From NCBI GenBank assembly GCA_000934665.2, contig KZ537961.1, positions 62,001 through 126,000 of the forward strand: DNA of 64,000 nt, in the 5' to 3' direction. Position 1 is the first letter of the stretch; each line of letters begins with the position of its first letter. Source of the DNA: Catajapyx aquilonaris (Eukaryota). Below are positions 13,737 to 28,504 of this stretch, one piece after another. Position numbers and translations under genes: made by a program. A model generated the notes under the pieces. The model worked only from the letters and a program-made list of their open reading frames with translations. It was not told where the DNA came from and searched no databases.

Positions 13737-14502
13737 TGTGGAACGACTGATGTCCTGCGAGAGAAATGTGCTCACTATATATAGTGCGTTGCCAGCCTCT
13801 TATCATACATATTAACAGTGCCAATTATTGGCAAGTTTTCAAAATTCAGTATGACGTTATACTGAAATGAAGAACAGTCGTTAGAATATGAATAAGTTTA
13901 GTGAAATAGGACAAGTGTATAATGCAGCTGTTGGTATTGAAAGTAGTCTGACAGACTCCATTTATTCGTTTTAAAATAAGTTTATTTTATGTAATAATTT
14001 ATTAAATTCCTGGCGATTATAACTACCAACTGTATATAGCTTTTTGTGCATTTATTTAAAAATAGACTAAATTGGTTATTATTATACAGTCATACTGTAC
14101 ACATGACGCATACCCGCTACATACGTTTATTCCTGAGATGTCTTATGTAATAATTATATTAATCCGCATGAAATGTATTATTTACTGAAGCTAATAAAGG
14201 TATACAGTACTCAGCGGTAAACAAATTACAAAATGCAAAGATCCACATCATAAATGCCAAAATATCCAGTCTCTAAGAGTATTATGTCAATCTGCTAATT
14301 ACAGTAAGCAGCATTACTTTCATGCTGACTGGGTATGCATAGCTTGATATGTGCTGTTTCCTTCATTTAATAAATATTATATTTGGTAGTAAAATTTGCA
14401 GTTTAATTGTAGTAAATTATTCTACCATATTTTTGCTTCCAATTCACATTAATGTTTATTGTAATAATTATGCCAATATACGGTACAAAGCCCTTCGAAG
14501 GT

Positions 14503-16260
14503 TCAAGACTGCCTGTAATTCAAGCAGAATCCAGTGTTGCCGTTGTCGCCGTCCGCCACTTCCCGATTGTTGGTTACAACATTTATTTGAAATGGCTTTG
14601 TTTCAGCTAAAAGTAATACATTAGTATAGAGGTTATTCCGAACAGTTACAATAATGGACTAAGACACTGGTTTTTGACACTTACTTGTAATGGGTGCGTT
14701 GTAGTACACATTGGCGTCATAATTCAACGCTGTTCCGCAGAAGACATTGTCCGAATACCTGCCTATATTCACAGACCTTCCAAATATTTGAATATAGTCG
14801 TTTCTGCAGGTAGAGCCTTGAGCAGCTGACTGTCTCCTAGTGGGGCCATTTGTCATGGAAAATGATTGACTGTCGCACACTTGCCACTGTAAAAGCAATA
14901 ATTTTGACATTGTCATATTGAAGTAGTGTACATGAATATGATGCTATTATTGTTGTTCTTGGTGAATTCTGTAGATAATTTTATAAATCTGAGCGGGTGG
15001 TACACCTACTGTAATGCGTCTTCTGCCCAACTCCTTCCTGACACAAGCGGTGTACTGCAAATTGGCCAAATGCGGTGGTCGATTACGATTGTAGCCAAGT
15101 ATCTTCACCTGTCCAACACCACTGGTGTCGTAGTAATATTGCTGGCAACCATCAGGAGCTATGAAGTCGATTGATTAGAAATACAATTTGCTAAATTTTC
15201 AATGAATATGCAGGTAACTACCTCTTACTAATGATGCGCAATCAATGTACTGTACTCTAATTTTCCATGTTTGTGGGCCTCTTCCTGTGACCTTCAAGAT
15301 GACGTGTGTACCTCCTTCAACATCCACATACACTGAAATATAACAATGTTACATCATGTGCCATTCATGACTGAAGCGAGCTGAAGCTTACGATGCTGGT
15401 TGCTGAATTCCCCACATAGTTCTGGTAGTTTATATGTTGCCTGTCTGCCTTCCAGTTCCACATTAAATTTTGATTGATAGCACACACCGTCGTTATTTGG
15501 CGGTGGCAATGAAAACGTCTCAAAATCAAGACGAACTTGACACGAATTTGATTCCGCCTGAAATATTTTACACGTGATCATAAAACAATCAGGAAATATG
15601 ACCCAACTTTTTCGAACGTACCAAATGGAGTGAGACTGAGCAATCACTGTTGTCATACTGTGGTGACGGATAGCTTGGATTTTGAAAGTAACTGTTGTTG
15701 TTTTTCCAGTGCTGGTTACCACATGCCATTGTCGCTGAAGATTATTATGTAATATACATATTTTAAAATTGGAATATTTCTCTCGTTACAATTCAATAAT
15801 TAAACTTACTTATGCAGCAAACACCAAAACCTCGAGCACATTGTCCGCTGTCAGTTCCACCCATACTTCTGCATTTAGAGCTACAGAAGCAGTGAAGTAA
15901 TATTGTGAATTAGGAAAACTTTAAGAAATAATCAATCTCTTACCTTGAATAGCAGCTGCCATATGCACCTTTACCATGATGTCACGGACAATATTCACGT
16001 TGCAATTTAAAACCGTAAAAATTATTACAAAATGATATTAATGTCGTGTACAGAATATAAACCACACATGACTTGAAATACTTACAATCATCCGCCCTTA
16101 GCAGGGAGGAAGGGTCATATGCAGGCTCATTCGGGTCATACGCAGACTCATTCGGGTCATATGCAGGCTTATTCGGGTCATGGCCAGACACAATGAGACT
16201 GACCTCAACAAGAGTCAGAAGAAGCACCAGCAGCATCCGACCATCTCTGTTTGACTTCAT
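14503..16260 (-). CDS. G5: secreted CUB-domain-like protein, micro-exon clade, with N-terminal AYDPNE repeats
   Basis: MKSNRDGRMLLVLLLTLVEVSLIVSG; 21-nt tandem repeat encoding HDPNKPAYDPNESAYDPNEPAYDPS; 25-nt exon 15944-15968; KCRSMGGTDSGQCARGFGVCC; FQNPSYP; NTGFCLNYRQS*. Confidence 0.8.
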
Positions 16261-17002
16261 TTTGCCAAGTCCGATATGTCAGAAAAATTCTCTCGAATAT
16301 ATTGGCCAGCAAGGAGTACAGGCCACTTCACACTAACCACGTTTTCACAATATAAGAGTGCTAAAAATGAAAATTTCATTATGAATGGGACATGTCAAAC
16401 TAGAAGTGAATAAAATAGATTTCGGAATTAAATTTAGCAGATTATATTTATTTATGAGCTCTAAAAGACGTGCACTAGCTGATAAGCCTATTCATGTGTT
16501 GGAATAAAAGTATTCTGATCAGTTTGATGAGTAAGATTCATTAGAATTGCTGCTAAATATAGGTACATAGCATTACACATTTTCGTCTGCATACATAATA
16601 ATTTATTCATTTCGGTAAACGTCATGTGCCTACAGACACAAGTTTATCCATGTGATTACGTAAGATTTCACACCAGATGCATTCCACGTAACCAACTGGT
16701 TACTTGGGATTGTTAGAAATAATTGTGTTAGAGAAGGCTATATTGTAATGTTGTGAAATTAATCATTTTTACAACATCTGCGAAATACATTAATTACTCC
16801 TCACTGTAGTCGGATAGCAGTTACCATACCAAATAGTGTAATACTATACATTATTGAAGAAATTATTGCATTTAACCTATATATCCCATCAGTCACACTA
16901 CTGATGTGCCTAAATAGATATCGTACACCGGCATGTATTTTTCATTTAAAGAAGTTGGCGAATCTATCATAACATCTATTTTATTAATGAGGCAGTATTT
17001 AC

Positions 17003-17304
17003 ATCTCACACAATGGTTAAGGAGCCCGACTGCTAATCGGGAGGGCCTGGGTTTGAATCCCGTGGCCGGCAACCCTGACCGTGGTTTGCTGTGGTTTTCC
17101 ACGGTCCCCCAGGATAATTCCGGGGTTGTTTCCGTATAATACGCCACAGCCGTAGGCTGGGAAGGAAGGAAGCGGCTGTACCAGCACAGGATGGGTCCAA
17201 GGATATATCCTTGGACCCATCCTATGCTGGTACTCCACCCCCCTAATGGAGCGCAAAATTCTCCCAATGGGGTATAAATAAATAAAATGAAAATAAAATA
17301 AAAT
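17003..17304 (+). mobile_element. tRNA-derived SINE (family A) with internal 56-bp palindrome and A-rich tail
   Basis: A-box-like CAATGGTTAAGG, B-box-like GGGTTTGAATCCC, body GTGGTTTTCC..CCAGG..CCGGG, palindrome 17178-17233, (TAAA/TAAAA)n tail. No clear TSD. Confidence 0.75.
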
Positions 17305-17693
17305 GTCATTATTTTCTAAGGCCAAAAAGTAGTCATAGCGGTTCATGGTAATTTAAAAGTTATGGCCAGAGAGGTAACGCAAAGAACAAGTTACCATCAT
17401 TCTTTTTTTTTTGCTTTTAATCAAAATATTATGTACCAAAATAAGAGCGCATAATCCTAAATATTTTTTGCAGGCTTTATGACCACATTTTAGTGCAATG
17501 AACAAGGACTATGGACTTGAGGTTCAGGTTGTTGACTCTCATGCTGTCATACCTGTCATGAAGGCGTATAAGTGATAAACATGAATAACCAGCATCGAAA
17601 TTTTAATCATCTTCTGTTCATTGGGAACAAACTATTGTGTTTATTTTCAATTCATTGTATCCTCTACACTCTACTACAGCAAGGCTTGTAGCT

Positions 17694-19003
17694 TCAATCT
17701 TGCCTGTATGTCAAGCAGAATCCGACGTTGTTCATGTCACCGACTTCATCGCCGTTTGTTACAACATGGATTAGGAATGGTTTAGCCACACCTAAAAGTA
17801 ACAGTATGTTAGTATATCTGACTGGAATCAGCACCTTAAGTGAAACATACTAGTGATTGGCATGTTGGTCTGGCCAAAACTGTTTGTGTTTAGGGCAGTC
17901 CCACAAAACACATGATCTGACATTCCATGAGAGTCATCCATCGTCCTTCCCCACATTTGTATGTAATCATCAGCGCATACATTATCTTGAGCAGCTTGTG
18001 GTGACATTGTGGCGTCTTCAGACATCGAAAAGGAATTCGAATTGCACACTTCCCACTGTAAAATAATTGTGTCTAGTTATGAAAACATTTATGCACTCAT
18101 TGTATGCACATGACTGTGTTACATTACCGTGATGCTGTTCTTTCCAACTTCCCTCCTGACGCAAAGAGTGTAATGCAAATTTGATAAATGAGGTAGTCGA
18201 TTAGGATTGTAGCCAAGTATTTCCACCTGCCCAGAACCACTGTTGCCGTAGTAATATTGCTGACAACCATCCGGAGCTGTATTTACCCATATTAATACAT
18301 TATCACATCAACAAACAGATAAACATACCTCTGACTAATGAATTGCATTCAATCATTTGAATCCGAATTCTCCATGTTTGTGGACCTACTCCAGTAAATT
18401 CCAACCATATGTGCTGGTTGTCTTCAACATTCACATACACTGTAATAACAATATAGTATCAAAGTGTTTTTTTCCACCCTTGGCAAGTGATGAAGGACGC
18501 ACAGTAACTTACTGTGCTGATTGTTGAATTCCCCACACAACAATGGCATTTTCATAGTGGGACTATTTTTTGGCAAGGATACAGTGAAACTAGCTTGATC
18601 GCACACGCCATCATTATTGGGAGCTGGCAATGAAAATGTCTCAAAGTCTAGTCGAATTTGGCAGATATCAGGCTTCTGGATATAATTAAGAGAATATTAT
18701 TGTTGATTAGTTGTATTTGTAATGTGGATATAAAACTTACGGTATGGACCATGATTGGGCAGTCACTTGCTTTAGTTCCTTCAGGTGATGGATAGTTCGG
18801 ATTTTGAAAATAAGTGTTGTTGTTCCTCGCTTCCTTGCCACATTTTACAGTACCTAAGAATTTGTCATAAGTTCCAATTTCTGGTTCCATCAATAATACT
18901 TACGTTCGCTTGTTGTCGCTCTTATATCTCGGCATGACACACTATGACTGGCCAAAATAGTCAAAAATGCCACAATGAGTAGCCCTCCCAGAGTGGACTC
19001 CAT
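17694..19003 (-). CDS. G6: secreted CUB-domain-like protein lacking the N-terminal Cys-rich module (7 exons)
   Basis: MESTLGGLLIVAFLTILASHSVSC..SER|~50-nt intron|TVKCGKEARNNNTYFQNPNYPS; no room for exons 2-3; ends NVGFCLTYRQD*. Confidence 0.8.
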
Positions 19004-19376
19004 TTTCGAAAAGCTGTTTCTTGAGAATAGTTCTCGGAAGTATTTTCTGACACACGCAGCCTCAAAAAGTTGAAAATGTGTTAGAATATGCAACAGGCTA
19101 TTATATAATTGGAGCAAGTTCATAAAGCAGTTATTTGCATCGAATTGAATTTTTTTTATTTATAGCGTAGCATTTGATGGATTGGGCTGTGCAGTTGTAA
19201 GGTGTGAATATTTTTAGCCAGTTATGTAATACCGTTATTTGTGAAATAAAACTTATAGCTTATGTATTCTCGGTTTATTATAAATTAATTACCTCATCAC
19301 ATTGTATCTGATCTTAAATATTACATAATTTATTAGAGGATCACTTCATCAAACTGCACAATTAAGTCGGGTAGTG

Positions 19377-20991
19377 TCACGATTGGGTATATTTCAAACA
19401 AAAACCGATGTTGTTCACATCATCCACTTCTGTGTCATCAGTTTCAACATGAATTAAGAATGGTTTTGCGTCAGCTGAAAATAACATAGTTGCATGTTGT
19501 TATATCAGTTGTGTTCAGATATCTATTAGAATATCTTACTTGTAATTGGTTCGTTCGTTGTTGAACTCTGCAGACGATTCATAGCACTACCGCAGAAAAC
19601 ATGATCCGAATAACCAAGAGTCATGTAAATACTTCTTCCAAATATTTGAATGTAATCACCCTGGCACAGGGTGTCTTGAAAAGCCTCGGGATCGCCAGCA
19701 TCATCACTCATGGAAAATGATTTTGGGTCGCACACTTCCCACTGAAAAAATGGCAGACAAATGACGGTGAGGTGCCCAGAAGGCTTGTCTAAATCGATAT
19801 GAAACACCCTGTATTATTTGCCTTGCACATACCTTAATCTTGTCCTTTCTCATTTCCCGCCTGACACACAGGGTGTACTTTAAATTAGCTAAGTGTGGTG
19901 GTTGTTTAGAATTGTAGCCAAATATTTCCACTTGACCCGTACCACTTGTGTCATGGTAATATTGCCGACAACCATCAGGAGCTAGTGATTAAAAATGTGG
20001 TTCAATGGCCCCAAAATTTCTGACATATGACTACTTTCTACGAATAGAAATAGAGACGCACAGTACCTTTAAGTAATGAAGTACACTCGATCATTTGAAT
20101 CCTAGTCCTCCATGATTTTGTGCCTGTTCCCATGTAGTTAAGTCGTATGTAGTCACTTCCTTTAAAATCTATGTACACTGAAAATTAAAAGCACTAAAAA
20201 TGTCGCTCACATAATTATACTGTTGGACGTACTGTGCTCCATCCGAAAGTTTCCACAGAGCTGTGGAATGTCAGCATTTGGATCATTTGGTACAGTCACA
20301 GTAAAACGAGCATTATCACATATACCGTCTGAATTTGGAGGCGGCAAATTAAAATCGTCAAAGTCTAGACGAATTTGGCATATGTTTGGTTGCTGAAAAT
20401 TTAGATATAGCCTAAGTGAGTAAGTCAAGCAAAATTAGGTTGTATAACTTACCCTTCTGATAGTCACAGCACAGTCACCACTTCCTGAGGTTGATGACGG
20501 ATAATTCGGATTTTGAAAATAAGTGTCGTTAAGCACTACTTGTTCGCTACATGTCACCATTCCTGACAATATAACGCTGTTTAATTATTGTCTGCCATAA
20601 ATTAATTCACACATCACTGACCTACGCAACAAACACCATAATGTTTTGCACACGTTCCTTCCGCAATTCCACTTCTTCTGATACATTCATAACTGCGAAC
20701 AAACCAGTTTTAAAACGCGTTCAAATATGTTATTCATATAACTCACCTGGAAAAGCAAGTTCCATAATATCCTTTAGCAGTATTACGACAGGGCCCAGCA
20801 GCAATGTTCACAATGTAAGGAAACACTGTCAATGTGGAATTTCAAATTTAAATAAAATTTCAAAATATAAAAATTCAACAAAACTTACGCAATTTTCCTT
20901 TTCTCGTCCTTTGCACAGATATAAGGCCACAAGCAGCCTCTAGTATTGCAAAAAGAACCAAAAAAGAGAGGCAAAATTTGTCCATCGTCAT
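19377..20991 (-). CDS. G7: secreted CUB-domain-like protein, 9 exons
   Basis: (MT)MDKFCLSFLVLFAILEAACG..RTRKGKL / LFPYIVNIAAGPCRNTAKGYYGTCFS / YECIRRSGIAEGTCAKHYGVCC / FQNPNYPS ... NIGFCLKYTQS*; alternative ATG at 20985. Confidence 0.85.
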
Positions 20992-21182
20992 CGACTGCTT
21001 CCTGACAGAATAATGACGCTGCATATACCCTGTAGCACGTGTCTATATATACGACTTGAATTATCCAACAGGTCATGTTAAAAATTATTAGGCAATGGGA
21101 TGAAGCTTAAATTAGCAGACGTGATTGACGCCTACCGAAAGACTTGCACATTGCGAAGGTGCCGACTTAAAGTAAGTGGCAA

Positions 21183-22650
21183 TGACACCGTTCGCATGGT
21201 TATTAATTGACAGTTTGACACCGAGCTATAAATAAGTTAGGAAAAATCGAAGACTAATGTCACAATCTATAGTGTATTATATAGCAGGTGCATTTTCGGA
21301 CTCTGATTATGATTAATCTGGACACTGCAAGAAATATCTCAATAACATCATTGACTTGCCTATAATAGTAGCCTATTACAAAAGAATGGTTCCTATTGAG
21401 CATTACTTTTGTGCCATCAGGTTTTTTTATTTAATTTTACAAAACTTGCCATTTTAAAAGTTTGACCTTATACCTTCCTGCCATCAACCCCCACAGAAAT
21501 AGGTGCATCTTTCCTTTCCCTTGTCAACCTGTCACCGTTAGCGTTCTCCTCCCATGTCACCTGTTGCTGCCTGCTATTTAATTATTTACAGACCCCTGTG
21601 ACCTCTCCTCTACTTCATCATACACTGAGGCTGTTACCTACATAATATGAAACACACCATACTTATGCTTATATTTTATGTTATATTTTGCATGCCTGGT
21701 AATGAACTCGACTATTAGTCTGGAACACTTCTGATGTCCTGATCAAGATAAATTATTGCGTAATATTATTTGTATCCATGTCGGTGTCATAAAAGTGTTG
21801 GAAGTGTGCAAGTAGGACTCCTTCAAAACTGCACATTAGCCAACACTCACGATCAAAAAGGCTCATCAGCGAGTGTGCCAATACTTCAGTATCTGTAATA
21901 ATATCATCCATAGCCTTACTTGCCAATATCAACTTGAAGACAACAAAATATACGGACAATATTTTACAAATATTCAGCCCTTATTTCTTGCGTGATTTTA
22001 ACTGCAGTACGTGTAGGTATTTTCCATTTCCGAAAACAGTGATTAATAGCAAAAGGACATAAGTTAATGGGTTTTGTAAATTACCTGTATATATCTGGCA
22101 CACCTCGGGCGAATAGCTACTTTGTTTTAATAATATCCGGCTATTTATTTTGCAACCGTTATAAAAAGACTAGCAGTTTCTAAAATGATAACAGCAAATA
22201 TGTTGCTATGATATCAATTTCTATCAAAATCTACTACGTCTATTATAAACGCGCTTTTTTCGGGATACTTGTGAAACAATCTCCCGCACAAACGAAACTG
22301 TTCACGAGTTAATCCTTACCAGTTCTGTAAGTAGCAGTACATGTTTTGCATAAAAATATGGGTGCAATTGACCCTGCCATGCTTATCTGGCCACCCCTCT
22401 CCTGCACCTGTCTCCTCCTGACCAAAGGTGTCAGATGCCAGCTCGACTGTCATGACCACTCTCCTTGTGCGAATGGTGACCAAGATAGATATGTGAGGAG
22501 GTGACAGGTAATTGAAATGCCTCTCTACATGGCCTGTTAATCCATGAAGATGCAGGCATCATGTATCAGGCATCTGCATCAGTTGATATAGAGGTAATAG
22601 CAAAATGTATGTGGTAGATCCGGTCAACCTCTATAACAGCTTCTAAAAAT
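21183..22650. repeat. Intergenic segment duplicated at about 28163-29600
   Basis: Long colinear similarity, e.g. GACACCGTTCGCATGGTTATTAATTGACAG and CCTGCCATCAACCCCCACAGAAA in both copies. Boundaries approximate. Confidence 0.8.
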
Positions 22651-24075
22651 GGTTATTGTTACATGTTGTTCATAAGTACAAATGGATATGTAGCTTATTA
22701 ATAATATTAACGCGATTGAAATGTGTGATTGATATATGCGGAACTATCATACGCTTCAAGGCTTTGACGTGCAGGTGGTAAGGTCAGTTTAAATTGATAT
22801 TAATATAGGCAATCATTGTCAATCATTGTCAGAACATTTAGGCCTGCAAGGCGATTTGTCTTAGCTTTACTGGTATGTAGACCCCTGCATATTAGATCAT
22901 AGGAAAGTGTCTGAAATGCTGGCCTAGCTCGACGCATTTTTAAGAATCAGGATGTCACATTTTGCTCAAATAACGAAGATCAAAGTGTACATCAGTTATA
23001 TTTGTTTAATAACCCAAAAAACATACAAATAATGGCCAATCAGAACGTGTCCTAATAATGTCAGAGTGACACGAATAGTTACTTGTTCCAAGGAGCCCTT
23101 GTTTGCCATTATACTTTTTACTGGAAAACTATGGCTAAGAGAAGGTCAAAAAATAGCAGTTTTTTAAAAAAAATAGTAGTTTTCATCGGATAAACAGAAA
23201 CCTACAATGACTGGCTCCACAAAGAAAGTCCATATATTGCAAGAATTTAATCAAACCTTGAACATTTCAAGTGGCACTTTTTAGCCATCAGACATTCTAA
23301 TCCAGACCTTAAAACTTAAATCATTATGTTAAGAATCATTTGTATTACCAACTGCAGGATTATTTTTGTCAGACAAGGACCTATATACGTATGTAGTGAC
23401 CACGAGATGAAGGAATTGACTTGGTGGCGAGAGTTGTCGATAAAAGCTTACCAAATGTCACAAAGATTCTAAAAAATTCATGTTTCAATTTATACAATGT
23501 ATAGATTGAAACATTAATTTTTTAGAATCATGTCATGATGTTCATGTTAAGTGGTATATGTACGTATGAAAATGTTCAATATCATGACGCTATCTTGTAA
23601 AATACTACAGTATTTAAACAGCATTTTACTGCTATCTGTTATCAAGCTTATTACTTATATCATTAATTTTAACAAATAAATATACAGTATTGCCAGTTGT
23701 ATCAAAATTCCTAGGGTGGTCGAAACTCTTTATAGCTTAACACACATTGTCTTGTTTCGTACTATATTCTTGTCCGCCAACTGTCAAAAATGTTCTGTGC
23801 GAAATTCTATCACTTTGTGCAAGAGAAGTTAGTGTGGTACTGTATAGGGTTGGGATTATCAGGTTATGGTACCGTATATCTCCTATATAGCCTAATCATC
23901 GATAAGGACCGCTGTACCTACTACGTATTATCTACGCCCAGAAATCCCACGGGAAAAAATCAAAAAGAGAGAAATCATATTCCACATGTATTTATTAAAC
24001 AATTATAACGTCTCATGGCGTGTACAGTACCCAGTCCGTCCTGTATAGTAGCGATGAATCCTCCCATCACAAGAT

Positions 24076-26795
<2,720 letters not shown>

Positions 26796-27448
26796 TGTCA
26801 AAAGGCTGTTTCGTGAGATTATTGCTCTGCAGTATCTGCTCATTCTGCTGAAGCGGTGGTTCAGTCGTTTATATACAGCCTCCAAAAGGTGCAAATAATG
26901 CATTATAACATGCATCAGGAAGGCGTCAGAATTGGAGCACATTCAAGATGCAGGCTTACTTTGCATTGAATCTGAATTTTTTATTTGTGACACAGCCTTT
27001 GACGTAGTCTATATATAGGGTTATGCAGTTGTATACCACTCATAACGTACTGATTAAAACGTGATTATAATATAATGTTCCATAATATACCATACGTCCA
27101 TACCGGAGTGATGTCACAAGCCTGTAATTATTTGGTACATTGCTGATGTTGCTGACAGTCGTTGGCAGACCTATTCTAGGGTTGTCACTATGTAATGTAT
27201 TTTCATCTCACTCTCATACACGCAGGAGCTAATGGAGAAATATCTGTAAATGAACAATAAATATTATATTTTTGCCGTTAAAAATTCAACCTGTCTGAAT
27301 TTTTCATGTGGTATAGGCTATATGAATTATTGCACTGCTCATATCTCACCATGTAATTACGTATTATGTATAATTTATTATAATATTCCAGAATGTACTG
27401 TACAGTATACATCAACAGTGAAGTACTGTGGCCCAGTTCAATGCAGGG

Positions 27449-28160
27449 TTATGCCTGCCTGTATGCCAAGCAGAATCCAATGTTGTATACATCACCGTTT
27501 GCTGCTTCCATATCGTCTGTTTCCACATGAATGACGAATGGTTTGGCAGGAAGTTGAAAGTAAAATGAAAATGATTGCATGAATTTCTGTTCGATTACGT
27601 TAAAATTTTCATAAGACACTTACTTGTAATGGGCTGGTTCACAGAAACAGGGGTAATATCAGAAGGGGCCACGCGATTGAGAGCAGTCCCACAGAAAACA
27701 TTATCCGAATAACCCGACGAGGGGCTAGTAGGAAGTTCTGCTCTTCCTAACATTTGAATGTAATCATTCCCGCAATTTTGGTATTGTGAAGCTCTGGCGA
27801 TCATGGTGGCATCATCACTCATGGAGAAGGAGTTGCATCGCACACTTCCCACTGCCAAAAAAGCAAAATACAAGTGCGTGTGTGAGAATTTTATTGAAAA
27901 TAAACCTGCTGATGTTGATGAGGGATAATTCGGATTTTGAAAATAAGTGTCATTAAGCACTACTTGTTCACTGCATGTCACCATTCCTGACAATATAACG
28001 CTGTTTAATTATTGTCTGCCATAAATTAATTCACACATGACTGACCTACGCAACAAACACCATAATGTTTTGCACACGTTCCTTCCGCAATTCCATTTCT
28101 TCTGCTACATTCATAACTGCGAACAAACCAGTTTTAAAAAGCGTTAAAATGTGTTATTCA
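27449..28160 (-). pseudogene. G9: chimeric deleted pseudogene (exons 8-9 of G13 type fused to exons 3-4 of G7 type)
   Basis: Exon 4 FQNPNYPSST abuts intron 7 sequence at about 27908; exons 1-2 and 5-7 absent; last acceptor AG>AA. Confidence 0.85.
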
Positions 28161-28231
28161 TATGACACCGTTCGCATGGTTATTAATTGACAGTTTGACA
28201 CCGAGCTATAAATAAGTAAGGATGAATCTAA

Positions 28232-28504
28232 AGGCCGCTTCACAGATTCGGCGGATGGCTGAGCGGGCGGAAAGCGGGCGGAAAGCAGGCGGAAAGCGTG
28301 CTTTTGGGACTCGGAATGTGAGCGCTGGCAATTCACAAATTCGGCGGGGACGCTGCGGGCGGAAACTCTGAGCGGTGGGGAGCGGTGGAAACCGCGCGAG
28401 TCCTTCTGGATGGAATCGCGCGGGCGGATAGCAGGCGGTTGGAGGAGGCAAGATGGCGGCGCTTTCCGCCCGCTCAGCTTTCCGCCGAATTTGTGAAGCG
28501 ACCT
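28232..28504. mobile_element. PIF/Harbinger-type MITE
   Basis: 24-bp TIRs AGG(C/T)CGCTTCACA(G/A)ATTCGGCGGA, TAA target duplication (28229-28231, 28505-28507), GC-rich GCGGAAA interior; empty site in the paralogous copy near 21245-21260. Confidence 0.9.

Noticed and set aside
15982..15984. TGA in frame with HHGKGAYGSCYS in G5 (EYCP*HHG) as possible selenocysteine or readthrough
   Set aside because: Lies in the decayed part of old exon 2, upstream of the AAG acceptor shared by four paralogs; frame is not conserved in G2-G4.
21694..21745. Possible Penelope-type hammerhead ribozyme relic (CCTGGTAATGAACTCGACTATTAGTCTGGAACAC; copy near 28955)
   Set aside because: Core CUGAUGA and GAAA boxes each mismatch and stems cannot be drawn convincingly; a covariance-model search would be needed.
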